Shown: positions 52,146 through 64,000 of the stretch, in pieces
How the letters are laid out: each line of letters opens with the position of its first letter
How positions within the stretch are numbered: the stretch's first letter is position 1
Assembly (NCBI GenBank): GCA_030390025.1
Contig: CM059431.1
Coordinates: forward strand, 98,520,001 to 98,584,000
Length of the DNA: 64,000 nucleotides
Source: Squalus acanthias
Taxonomy: Eukaryota
Direction of reading: 5' to 3'
Notes under the pieces: model-generated
What the model was told of the DNA's origin: nothing
What the model saw: the letters and a program-made list of their open reading frames with translations, nothing else
Database searches by the model: none
Made by a program: the position numbers and the translations under genes

Positions 52146-52649
52146 TTACAACATCCACATTCATTCCCACTTTAACCCTTACCAGGGAGGGATTGCAACA
52201 CCCACTGCACCAGCCCAGAGCAAAACTCACTGCACATGTTCAGAGCCTGCCTGAGGCTGCGAAGCAGATTGCTCGCTCTTTGTTCTGAGGATCTGGCCTG
52301 ACCACTTCCTCAGTTACCCTGACAACTGAGGGGGCTTCTTACACCCCTTCACACAGAGGCTCCACTCATTTACCTGGGGTGAGATTCGGCACAATTATCA
52401 CCCCCTCCCCATCCCACCCCACTCCCCCTCCCCCCAACCCCCTCCCCCCCCCCCCAACCCCCTCCCCCCACATACTTTGTCCTCTATAGTTGGTGGACGG
52501 AATAGCAACAGGTTGTAGCAATGAAATAATTCCTGTAGGTGTCAACACGATGAACCACTGACTAAAGAACTGACTTTACTCGAAATTCGCAGACTTTTTA
52601 AATCGCTAAGTATTGAACTGTACAAAATAACCGGTGATTAATACGTGTT

Positions 52650-53050
52650 CGTTGACCTACATTGGCTCCCGGTTAAGCAACACCATGATTGTAAAATTCA
52701 GATCCCTCCATGGTCTCGCCCCCCTCCCTATCTCTAACCTCCTCCAGCCCCTACAACCCCCCGAGATCTCTGCGCTCCTCCAATTCTCGCCTCTTGCGCA
52801 TCCCTGATTTTCATCGCTCCATCATTGGCGGCCGTGCCTTCAGCTGCCTGGGCCCTGAGCTCTGGAATTCCCTCCCTAAACCTCTCCGCCTCTCTCCCCT
52901 CCTTTAAGACGCTCCTTAAAACCTACCTCTGACCAAGCTTGCCCTAATATCTCCTTATGGGGCTCGATGTTAAATTTTGCCTGATTACACTCCCGTGAAG
53001 TGCCTTGGGACGTTTTACTACGTTAAAGACGCTATATAAGTGCGGGTTGT
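52650..53050 (+). mobile_element. L2-clade LINE 3' fragment
   Basis: PYNPPRSLRSSNS...GGRAFSCLGPELWNSLP. Confidence 0.8.
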
Positions 53051-53639
53051 TTATTATAAGTGGTGCCCTTGTAATGGATTCCTATAGTAATGGTTAATGG
53101 GGAGGGGGTGTCCGGGATTAGCACGGACGGTTTAAGTGGTGGGAACTATATCAGGAAACCTAGGTACAGACTTTAAGACAGGGTCAGCCAGCAACCTTCA
53201 GCAGACTGGGGGGGGGGGGGGGGGGGGACGGACTGCCAGGTAAGAGAGCGATAGGGCTCGTCTCTCACTTCACTTTCCAGTAACTTCACCGCGTGTCTTA
53301 GCGATGTTTTTATTACACTTTTACTAAGTTACAAACACGCAGAAGGCAGGAAATGGCCCCTAGCCGGAGAGCAATGCACAGCTTCACTCATTCTGATCTC
53401 TTAAGCCGGCCCCGAGGGCACTGAAGGAAGGACGAACAGGTTCCTGGGTGGGGGGCGTCACCAAGTCCCCCAGAAGTATCGCTCGTGCTGTCTGGAGACC
53501 AATGCCACCAGGAGAGCCATACCCTCAGCGGGGCAGATATGATGTGATTTGCTGTGCAGTAGTTTGAAGGTTGCACACACACGCTCTTTCCCTGTGAAGT
53601 GCCTCGCGACATTTTACTGTGTTAAAGGCACTAAACACA

Positions 53640-54075
53640 AGGCCAGGTTGGAGAAGCTGGATTTGTTTTCATTAGAGCAAAGGAGGTTGAGGTGTGATTT
53701 GATAGAGGTGTACAAGATTATGACGGGTTTGGATAGGCTAGACGGGGAAAGGTTGTTCCCACTAGTTGATGGTACAAGGACTAGGGGACACAGATTTAAG
53801 GTTTTGGGCAAGAGATACAGGGGGGATGTGAGGAAAAACTTTTTTACACAGCGAGTGGTGAGGACCTGGAACTCGCTGCCGACGGAAGTGGTAGAAACGG
53901 AAACACTCAATGTTTTCAAGGGGAGACTGGATAGGCACTTGAGGGAAATAAACTTGCAGGGCTACGGGGATAGAGCGGGGAAATGGGACTGACTGGATTG
54001 CTCCACAGAGAGCTGGCACGGACTCGCTGGGCCGAATGGCCTCCTTCTGTGCCATTATGACTCTAAGACTATGAT
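53640..54075 (+). mobile_element. CR1 LINE 3' fragment
   Basis: RLEKLDLFSLEQRRLRCDLIEVYKIM...FFTQRVVRTWNSLP. Confidence 0.9.
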
Positions 54076-54319
54076 TTTATATAAAATGGAAGTTGTTGTA
54101 CAAGAAGCCATAATATGTCCATAAGGAAAACACAAAGTGAACACCTAGGATTCTTTAAACAAACATCATTAACAATAACAATAGTTAAAAAAAAACAACT
54201 GAAGGTTTGTGGAAGTTTTCACAAGGCAGTTTTTTTTTAAATACTGTAAAAATGTTCATAAAGTTCTCAAAGTCTAATTGTGTAGCCGAGCACCAATGAG
54301 AAGGAAAATAACAAGAGAC

Positions 54320-55070
54320 AAGACTTGCATTTATGTAGCGCCTTTCACGACCTTGGGACTACCCAAAATGCTTCACAGCCTGCAAAGCTCTTTTGAAGTA
54401 CTGTTGTAATGTAGGAAGCCAATTAGCACACAGCAAGCTCCCACAAACCGCGACGTGATAATGACCAGATCATCTGTTTTTTTTTAAAGTGATGTTGGTT
54501 GAGGGATAAATATTGGCCCCAGGACACCGGGTCTTGTTCGCTCTGGGATCTTTTACGTCCACCTGAGAACGCAGACGGAGCCTCAGTTCAATGTCACATC
54601 CGAAAGACGGCACCTCTGACAGTGCAGCGCTCTCTCAGTACTGTCCCTCCGACAGTGCAGCGCTCTCTCAGTACTGTCCCTCCGACAGTGCAGCGCTCTC
54701 TCAGTACTGTCCCTCCGACAGTGCGGCGCTCCCTCAGTACTGCCCCTCCGACAGTGCGGCACTCCCTCAGTACTGCCCCTCCGACAGTGCAGCACTCCCT
54801 CAGTACTGCCCCTCCGACAGTGCGGCACTCCCTCAGTACTGCCCCTCCGACAGTGCAGCACTCCCTCAGTACTGCCCCTCCGACAGTGCAGCACTCCCTC
54901 AGTACTGCCCCTCCGACAGTGCAGCACTCCCTCAGTACTGCCCCTCCGACAGTGTGGCACTCCCTCAGTACTGCACTGGGAGTGTCAGCCGAGATTTTGT
55001 GCTCATGTCTCTGGAGTGGGACCTGAACCCACAACCTTCTGACTCCAAGGCGAGAGTACTGCCCACTGCA
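54320..55070 (-). mobile_element. Deu-domain SINE with an ~11x 33-bp expansion
   Basis: Head, tandem units and tail all present. Confidence 0.85.
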
Positions 55071-55214
55071 TTGAGGTAAACTATTAGTAAACAACAGTGA
55101 ATAATAGTTTTTAAACCTAATATTGGTGTTATTTTTCAAAATTGTACAAGGCACACAGTTCAATACAGTTTTAGTTTAATCAAACGGCATATATTGACAC
55201 AGTTTAAAAAAATT

Positions 55215-55980
55215 ATAGAATCATAGAATGGTTACAGCACAGAAGGAGGCCATTCGGCCCGTCGAGCTTATGCTGGCTCTCTGCAAGAGCACTTCAGCTA
55301 GTCCCACTCCCCCGTAGCCCTGCAAATTTCTTTCCTTCAGGTACTTATCCAATTCCCTTTTGAAAGCCACGATTGAATCTGCCTCCACCACCCTATCAGG
55401 CAGCGCATTCCAGATCCTAACCACTCGCTGCGTAAAAAAAGTTTTTCCTCGTGTCGCCTTTGGTTCTTCTGCCAATTACCTTAAATCTGTGTCCTCTGGT
55501 TCTCGACCCTTCCACCAATGGGAACAGTTTATCTCTATCTACTCTGTCCAGACCCCTCATGATTTTGAACACCTCTATCAAATCTCCTCTCAATCTTCTC
55601 TGCTCTAAGGAGAACAACCCCAGCTTTTCCAGTCTATCCACGTAACAGAAGTCCCGCATCCCTGGAATCATTCTCGTAAATCTTTTCTGCACCCTCTCAA
55701 CCTTCACATCCTTCCTAAAGTGCAGTGCCCAGAATTGGACACAATACTCCAATTGAGGCCGAACCAGTGTTTTATACAGGTTCATCATAGCCTCCTTGCT
55801 TTTGTACTCTATGCCTCTATTCATGAAGCCCAGGATCCCGTAAGCTTTTTTAACCACTTTCTCAACCTGCCCTGCCACCTTCAATGCTTTGTGCACATAT
55901 ACCCCTAGGTCTCTCTGTTCATGCACCTCCTCTAGGATTATACCCTTTAGTTTATATTGCCTCTCCTCGTTCTTTCTACC
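55215..55980 (-). mobile_element. CR1 LINE 3' fragment ~200 bp downstream of the protein S-like stop codon
   Basis: LYKTLVRPQLEYCVQFW...; ATTCTATGATTCTAT tail. Confidence 0.92.
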
Positions 55981-56174
55981 AGTCCTAGAATTTACACTTC
56001 CTTTCTTTCTAATTGTTATCTTTCAGCACAGCACATACTTTGATTTGTTAAATTCTACATATATTCCAGAATGTTTTTATAAGGTGCGAGCTTTAAAACA
56101 ATCTCCATACAGTAGCACACAATGATAAGCAATGTTATGAATATTTACTACACTGATAGAGTGTCTGACAGACT

Positions 56175-56326
56175 CTAATCCTTTCTCTCCACCGACGGGC
56201 ATGAGTGGGACTGGATGTCATTGTGCTTGTGACTGGCTTCATCCAAGTCAATAACCTCATCGTTAATCTCGATTTCCAGACATCCAGTGAAGGAGGCTGT
56301 GACAGGTGTGGCTGTAACTGGAATAA
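56175..56326 (-). CDS. pros1: Protein S-like terminal exon
   Basis: VIPVTATPVTASFTGCLEIEINDEVIDLDEASHKHNDIQSHSCPSVERKD*. Confidence 0.9.
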
Positions 56327-59300
56327 CTGAAACACAAGAGCGTGATGGTGTTATTAGTAACCAAAAGATAACAAATCAAAGCGCCTAAATCTGGAGCAAT
56401 ATTCATCTATTAAAATCCTTTTGAGTTTGTCACGATCGCCAACTCAAATTAATATACTTGACTATTCCAACGCACTCCTGGCTGGCCTCCCACCTTGCAC
56501 CCATCCAAAACTCGGCTGCCCATGTCCTAACTCGCACCCAGTCCCGTTCGCCCATCACCCCTGTGTTCACTGACCTACATTGGCTCCCGGTTAAGCAACG
56601 CCTCGATTTTAAAATTCTCATCCTTGTTTTCAAATCCCTCCATGGTCTCGCCCCTCTCTATCTCTGTAATCTCCTACAACCCCACCCCCCCCCCCCCCCC
56701 CGCCCCCCGAGATATTTGCGCTCCTCTAATTCTGCCCTCTTGAACATCCCCGTTTTTACTCCTTCATCCTTGCCTTCAGCTGCCTGGGCCCTAAGCTCTG
56801 GAATTCCCTCCCTAAATCTCTCCGCCTCTCTCTCCTCCTTTAAGACGCTCCTTAAAACCTACCTCCTTGACCAAGCTTTTGTTCACCTGCCCGAATTTAT
56901 CCTTATGTAGCCTGTTTGATAACGCTCTTGTGAAGCACCTTGGGACATTTTACTACATTAAAGGCACTATATAAATGTAAGTTGTTATTGTAGATAAATC
57001 CCCCCAATTGCATCGATTTGAATAGAATGAGTGGTTACCGGTGAATTTGAATGGACTGGATTACTTTAAGGATCTTAAGGTGATGGGATTCATGGGAGTT
57101 GGCATTAACTACTTGGGAAGGATATTCACGTTGTTGGCATGCTGCACCCAGTTTTCCCGTCTAGCAACATGGGAACAGGAGGAGGCCATTCAACCCTCGA
57201 GCCTGTTTCACCATTTAATTAGACCATGGCTGATCTGCACCTTAACTCCATCTCCCCGCCTTGGTTTCATATCCCTTAATACCCTTATCCAACAAAAATC
57301 TATCAATTTTGAAATTGTCAATTGACCCCCAGCCTCAGCAGCTTTTTGGGGGAGAGAGTTCCAGATTTCCACCAACCTTTGTGTGAAGAAGCGCTTCCTG
57401 ACATCACCCCTGAACGGCCGGGCTCTAATTTTAAGATTATGCCCCCTTGTTCTGGACTCCCCCACCAGAGGAAATAGTTTCTCTCTCTCTACCCCATCAA
57501 CTCCTTTAATCATCTTAATCCTCTCAATTAGATCACCCCTTAATCTTCTATAGGGAGTACAAGCCTAGTCTATGCTGTCCTCATAATTTAACCCTTTTAG
57601 CCCCGGTATTGATTTGGTGAATCTGTGCTGCTCCCCCTCCAAGGCCAATATATAGCATAAGAAATAGGAGCAGGAGTCGGCCATATGGCAGCTTGAGCCT
57701 GCTCCGCCATTCAATAAGATCATGGCTGATCTTCTACCTCAACTCCACTTTCCTGCACTATCCCCATATCCCTCGATTCCCTTAGTGTCCAAAATTAATT
57801 TCAGTCTTGAATATACTCAACGACTGAGCCTCCACAGCCCTCTGGGGTAGAGAATTCCAAAGATTCACAACCCTCAGAGTGAAGAAATTTCTCCTCCTCT
57901 TCAGTCCTAAATGGCCGACCCCTTATCCTGAGACTGTGACCCCTGGTTCTAGATTCTCCAGCCAGGGGAAACATTTGCATCTGTGTTGGCTGTGTACGAG
58001 CCCCATTGGAAACAGGGGTATTGGGAAAATGTACCCACTGATGTCTACTGGTGGCAGTTTCCATTTTGCTGCCACTTTCGGTTACCTGGTACTCCTCCCA
58101 GCGTGGTATTGACTGATTCCTGCATGGCCTGGTCCAACGTGGCCAGTTGCTTCCTCAATCCTGAGCTGTTTAAGTGGCTTCTGTGAGTGGCTCCATCCAC
58201 CTCCCACAGGATCTCCTCGGCGGTTATGGTGAGATGCACTGAGTGACGCTCTCCATTGCACAGATATAACCCCTCAGTTCTGGACACAATCTCGTTCTCT
58301 ACGGCCAGAATTAAATGCTAATGAAGAACGAAGCAAAGAAATAAATTCAGAGATCAAGAAATTCCATCTCCCTCGGCTAAGATTACAGGGCAATCTTGGG
58401 GAATGCCACCCATGATTTGGAAGCAGTGAGCAGAGGTTGGAGAGCGAGGAGGAGCCCAGTGTTGGAGGTGGGGAGATAGAGAGGGGTGAGGAGAAGGGGT
58501 TAGAGCAGGGGAGGGAGTGAGACGTGAGGAGATCACAAAGGGTAGAAAGGGGCGAGACCATAAAGAGGTTTGAAATCAAGGATGAGAATTTTGTAATCGA
58601 CACACTGGGACATGGTCGAGGGACTAGAACCTTTCACACCGATAATATGCAGAAAAGACCTGTGTCTAGAACGTCAATGAATCCTTTCAGAGAGGAGGAT
58701 GTGCAGCAAAGCAGAATGCCCCCCGACCCCCGCCCACCCCCACCCCCGCACCCCCCAATTCAGCTTTGGGATTTCCATGGCCCCATCCCAAATCTGTGGC
58801 AACGGGCTCGCTCGAGTGATCAGGCGGGGCCTCGGATCTGCCAGGCGCAACAGAGGTCCTCACTCCACTGGGAGCTCAGAGCTCACACTGATTACCACTG
58901 GCAGTCTGTGCTGGTGGAGACTGGCCGCGGGTCTTCTTGAAGTAGAATCCTCACTGCTTGAAGGAGGCGTAGACCATGGTCCTCATCAGCCTGAAGGAGG
59001 AGTGCTTTCTGGCCCTTCTTCCAATGGCAATTGATCTGCCTGGGATCTTTCTGTGTACTTTAGGCCCTAACTGTAGGCCCAGAACAAAGCCCACACCTGC
59101 TCATGGCAGAGGGAGCACTTCGCCCCAGTCAGAATTTTCAACTTTCTATCGGAACAGGTCTCAGTTTAATGTCGCAACCGAAAGACAGTGCAGCGCTCCC
59201 TCAGTACCTCACTGGAGTGTCAACCTAGATTGTGGGCTCAAGTCTCTGAGGTGGGGCTTGAACCTACGACCTTCTGATTCAGAGGAAAATGTGCTACCTG

Positions 59301-60919
59301 TTGGGGAGTCCTACCAATCTATTGTAGGGAACTTTTTTCCTTTATTCGTTCTCAGGATGTTGGCGTCGCTGGCAAGGCCGGCATTTATTGCCCATTCACT
59401 AGTTGCTCTGGGAAGGTGGTGGTGGGTCTGTTCTTGAACCGCTGGTAGCAGGTTAGATACAACTGAGTGTCTTGCTAGGCCATTTCAGAGGAGTTAAGAA
59501 TCAACCACGTTGGTGTGGGACTGGAGTCACAAATAGGCCCAGACCGGGTAAGGACGGCAGGTTTCCTTCCCTAAAGGACATTAGTGAACCAGTTGAGTTT
59601 TTACGACAATCCAACAGCTTCACGGTCACTTTTACTGATGCCAGCTTTTTATTTCCAGATTTTTATAACCTGAATTAATATTCTAAAGCTGCTACAGTGG
59701 GATTTGAACTTGTTCTCTGGATTATTAGTCCAGTAATATAACAACTACACTAAGAAATATTGACTAAGATAAATTACCTGCTTTTCCACTGTAGTTGTTG
59801 AGTGGGCATCAATCAAGGCGAGTGACAAAGGGACCGTTTCTCCACTGACTAACGCAAATAACACACCCGTGTCTTTTGATGGACGCACACTGAGATTCAA
59901 CTTAACCTTCCAACCACCAACACTGTTTTCTATCATACCTGAAAGAGTAGGGAACAGAGAGACACCATATTAGAAAGAAAGAACTTGCTTTGATATCACG
60001 CCTTTACGACCTCCAATTCCCTTTTGAAAGTTACTATTGAATCTGCTTCCACCGCCCTTTCAGGCAGCGCGTTCCAGATCACAACAACTCGCTGCGTCAA
60101 AAGGTTCTCCTCATCTCCCCTCTGATTCTTTTGCCAATTACCTTCAATCTGTGTCCTCTGGTTACCCACCCTCCTGCCACTGGAAACAGATTCTCCTTAT
60201 TTACTCTATCAAAATACCTTCAGGATCTCCTGAATAACTAGCCTGGCATTCGGTCTATTAACAAAGATCTTTGTTCTTGAGATGTGGGCGACGCTGGCAA
60301 GTCTGGCATTTATTGCCCATCCCTAGTTTCCCTGAGAAGGTGGTGGTGGGCCTTCTCCTTGACCCACTGTAAAGAGGACTTGCTTGTAGGGATGTTAAAT
60401 ACAGTGCAAGTAGAAAGACATTTGCATTTAGATTTTTACATTGTGGTACATTTTCAGGATCTCCTGACCTTTGGAAGCACGGATTGGAGAATTGGGAACG
60501 CGATTTGCCGAGCTCCTGACCTTCGGGTCAATCAAATGTTTAAAAGATATCAGAAAGAACCTGCATTTCTCTAGCGCCTTTCACGTCCTCAGGACGAGCC
60601 AATGCGCTTTACAGCCAACGAATTGCTTCCAAATTCAGGGGCACCAAACTCTGGCCCAATTTTCTGATCCATGCTCCCATCAAGTGAGACTCCACACTGA
60701 GAGCAGAGTCGCTAAAAACTCCCCCATAAAGGGTTAGTCATGTCACTTACTGTAATTTAACGGAAACATCGCATATCCCCTGCCAGGGAAGTAGGAACCT
60801 TTCTCCACGTTCTGATAACACTGCTTGGTTTTTATATTCTGAATGACGTCCTCAATTCCAGCAGATCCTTGATTCATCCAGCTCCACCTGCGCATGCACC
60901 CATCTAACCGAGGATTCAT
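56175..60919 (-). CDS. pros1: Protein S-like paralog, last four exons (5' part beyond the right edge)
   Basis: Exons 60919-60751, 59938-59778, 58317-58086, 56326-56175 splice in frame with the same phases as GAS6-like exons 12-15. PROS1-type motifs: QGSAGIEDVIQ..KQC..VEKGSY, ALVSGETVP, RKQLATLDQAM, HSCPSV. Symbol tentative. Confidence 0.75.
56455..56990 (+). mobile_element. L2-clade LINE 3' fragment
   Basis: IQNSAAHVLTRT...LHWLPVKQRLDFKILILVFKSLHGLAP. Confidence 0.85.
57168..57975 (-). mobile_element. Two adjacent CR1 3' fragments
   Basis: FPLVGESRTRGHNLKI and FPLAGESRTRGHSLRI, each with its own 3' UTR. Confidence 0.85.
58086..58317 (-). CDS. pros1: Protein S-like exon 14 equivalent
   Basis: HLILAVENEIVSRTEGLYLCNGERH...LRKQLATLDQAMQESVNTTLGGVP. 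Confidence 0.9.
59778..59938 (-). CDS. pros1: Protein S-like exon 13 equivalent
   Basis: SMIENSVGGWKVKLNLSVRPSKDTGVLFALVSGETVPLSLALIDAHSTTTVEKQ. Confidence 0.9.
60751..60919 (-). CDS. pros1: Protein S-like exon 12 equivalent
   Basis: MNPRLDGCMRRWSWMNQGSAGIEDVIQNIKTKQCYQNVEKGSYFPGRGYAMFPLNY, 169 nt, tctctag / GTAAGT. Confidence 0.9.
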
Positions 60920-61762
60920 CTAGAGAGAGAGTTTTAGTCCAGAGCTTCAGTATTTACTGAAGTTAACAAAAGAGAAAGCTGTGTGCTCTCTTACACAATG
61001 GGTGCAGTTCGGGATGTGATCTGATTAAGGTTCCGCGTTGAGCCCAATTTGATCTTATCTTAGCCTAAGCAAATCACACGTCCACAAGCATTCCTTAAAA
61101 TGCTTTGAACCCATCAGACCTGTCTGTCTTACTGCTGATCCCGATCAAGTACTTTGAAGCATTTTATTTTCTTGTGCAAGATCAGTAAGTTTCAATATTT
61201 CCCAACAAGCCTCTCCCCGTCCTGCCCTGACCCACCCCCCCCACCCCCCCCATCTGGGGACAGGCAAGTTCTCGGGATTTTATCCCGCGATTAATTCACA
61301 CAGATGCTGAGGTCCTTGTTCAAAGCCTCGCCCCAGGAGGTTTCAATCAAGAAGACCCTTTGGCCGAGCGTGTGTACTGTTCGGGTGCCCTTGTCTTTAT
61401 TTTGAGATCAATCAACACCTCAAAACATTTCACAACTTTTATTTGTTCTTGGGATGTGGGCGACACTGGCAAGGCAATCTCTATTGCCCATCACTAGTTG
61501 CCTGAATGCATTGAGCCAACCGCAGAGCGTGGGACTGGAGTCAGGTGTAGACCAGACCGGGTATGGACAGCAGGTGTCCTTCCCTGAAGGACATTGGTGA
61601 ACTGGTTGGGTTTCTACAACAGTCCGGCAGCTTCATGGTCACTTCTCTGGTGCAAGCCCAGAAATGATCAAATTTACTGAATTGAATTTCACAACTTGCC
61701 ATGTTGGGAATGGGATTTGAACTCTCAACCTCGGAGTTTCTTGTCCAATACCAGAACCACTA

Positions 61763-61968
61763 CTACAAAAGCAAAATACAGCGGATGCTGGAAATCTGAA
61801 ATAAAAACAGAAAATGCTGGAAATACTCAGCAGGTCAGGCAGCATCTGTGGAGAGTGAAACAGAGTTAACGTTTCAGGTCGAAGACCTTTCATCAGAAAC
61901 GTTAACTCTGTTTCTCTCTCCACAGATGTTGCCTGACCTGCTGAGTATTTCCAGCATTGTCTGTTTTT
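61763..61968. mobile_element. Penelope-derived fold-back insertion with a central hammerhead core
   Basis: ~70-bp inverted arms; flanked by the direct repeat AATACCAGAACCACTA at 61747 and 61969. Confidence 0.8.
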
Positions 61969-63024
61969 AATACCAGAACCACTAGGTTGCTGTATCCAGG
62001 AAAATGACAGATTTCTTAAAGGGCTGAACTGAGCATTTAAAAACTGAGACTAGTGCAATTCAGTGGAATAAATTCAGATAAACTTGATTCATTAAAACTG
62101 CCAAAGTAAATCAGCCATTACCTGTTTTGTACCACTAGATATCCCAAATATATTTTATAAATGCACCCTCAACCGGCCAAATCACATTAAAGACAGATTT
62201 ACATTTATCAGGTCTGTGGGAAATCTGTTAGAACCCTTCACACAAATTACTTGTTTGCAAGATCCCAGAACCAGTGATGAGATGAATGGTGGTGTTGGTT
62301 GAGGGAGGAATATTGACCAAGACACCAAAACTCTCTTGCTCTTTTACGTTCACCTCAACAGGCAGACATCTGAAAGACGGCACCTCCGACAGTGCAGCTC
62401 TCCCTCAGTACTGCACTGGAGTGTCAGGCTCAGATTACGTGCCTTAGTCCTGGAGTGGGGGCTTGAACCCATGACCTTCTGACTCAATGGTGAGTGATAC
62501 TGACTGAGCCACACTGACAAAGGGAAACTATTGTGTTGGTAAAAGGGAACTTCCATCAAGTCAATGGGAGCATCAATCGCTTTATGTTAAATGGGTAAAT
62601 CCCCAAGACAATGAGCAGTGGGAGTGCCTTGCTGGCGGGGAGTGTAGATTGGAGAATCGTGACTACAGTACTGTCACCATATCTCCAATCTCGGCTGGAG
62701 CTGCCTTGCAAAACAAACCCTCGAGTCTTCAAAGTCTTTGATAGGAAAAACAAGAAGAAAAATATTAAACAGTTCTCACGCTACCGTTTGCAAAGGCGGG
62801 ACGTGTTGGTTCCTGTACCTCCTGTATCATTCACAGTTTGTGTGAAACTGTGGCTCTCGAAATTCGGATGGCCAGACTTTTATTTTCAAATCTCTCTTAA
62901 CTGCCTCTATGGTGCTTTACAGAATCATTAGTCGGTTAATTGGAATCTGACCATTTCTCCCCCACACTGAGCGGGGTCAGTGTTCAGGGAATTATTTTGA
63001 ACAAAGTAGTGGCGTTTATTTCTA

Positions 63025-63450
63025 GTTAGACCATACTTGGAGCACTGTGCACAGTTCTGGTCTCCACATTAAAAAAGAGGCACTGGAGAAGGTGCAAAAT
63101 AGATTTACAAGGACAATACCAGAACTGAGAGGTTATAACTATCAGGAAAGATTGAACAGGCTGGGGCTCTTTTCTCTAGAAAAGAGAAGGCCAAGGGGTG
63201 AACTGATGGAGGTCTTTAAAATTATGAAACAGTTTGATTGGGTGGCCGTAGAGATGTTTCCACTTGTGGGGGAATCCAAAACTAGGGGCCATAAATATAA
63301 GATAGTCAGTAATAAATCCAATCGGGAATTCAGGAGAAACTTCTTTACTCAGAGTGGCGAGACGAAGTAAGGTGGGAGGAGGCTTGTGTGAAACATAAAC
63401 ACTGGCATAGACCAGATGGACCGAATGGCCTGTTTCAGTGCTGTAGATTC
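63025..63450 (+). mobile_element. CR1 LINE 3' fragment
   Basis: ALEKVQNRFTRTIPELRG...FRRNFFTQ. Confidence 0.85.
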
Positions 63451-64000
63451 TGTGACACGATGGTGCTCCTGGAACAGGGCTGCCCACAACAGAAGCACAT
63501 ATTGCGAATCTGGGTGTGGAAATCGGAAGGGAGGCGCTCGCACGAGTTGCCGATGTGCGAGGCAAAAAGTTTACCCCGGGGGAAATTCGGGTACAAAGAT
63601 CAGCTCGTGCTACTGGGTGCAGGGACCTCCCGATACTCAGCCCTGGTGCCTGGTCTGCTTAACCAGAAATTCGCAAGGTTTAACCCTGTTTGAATTTTAT
63701 AGCGAGCTGGTTTTTGGAAGAGAATGATCAAGTTCGAATGAGTGAAAGGGAAGGTTTCACAAAAGGACCGATTAGCGGGAAGACAAACTAATGAAACAAC
63801 ATCTTCCTAGTTTCCTTACAATCCCCTTTCCCGCCCTGTCATTTAAACTTTGCTCTTCACCAATTGCCCCGCTTAAAAGCCGTTTACCAAACTGGTGTGA
63901 AATGTTTCAATAAACTTTGATTACAGCTGGAAGGATACGATCCACTTGTCTGGGTAAACCCGCGATCGATATCTTTATCTCTGTTGTCCCGTTATCCGAG

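Noticed and set aside
62118..62760. Candidate exon 11 of the protein S-like gene (donor-like CAG|GTAAT near 62120; ORF 62556-62753)
   Set aside because: Translations show no ISVEE...KEAV-type LG1 motif; the exon is probably beyond the window.

Overview
Eukaryotic, vertebrate DNA. The repeat repertoire (Deu-domain tRNA-derived SINEs, a V-domain SINE, CR1, L2, RTE and Penelope-like elements) points to a cartilaginous fish. Positions 1-13.3 kb are a C-rich ~22-bp satellite with higher-order structure. The minus strand carries a complete 15-exon vitamin K-dependent GAS6-like gene (52070..14613; signal, propeptide, Gla, loop, 4 EGF, 2 laminin-G; 656 aa by manual splicing, all GT-AG). About 4.1 kb upstream, in the same orientation, lie the last four exons of a paralog that looks protein S (PROS1)-like. 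Introns are packed with nested retroelements and minisatellites. Most notable: the tandem PROS1-like/GAS6-like pair, Penelope-linked minimal hammerhead ribozyme motifs (one inside a fold-back insertion with a 16-bp TSD), and repeated 33-bp expansions at a hairpin inside SINE copies. All family and orthology calls are from recalled motifs, not database searches.
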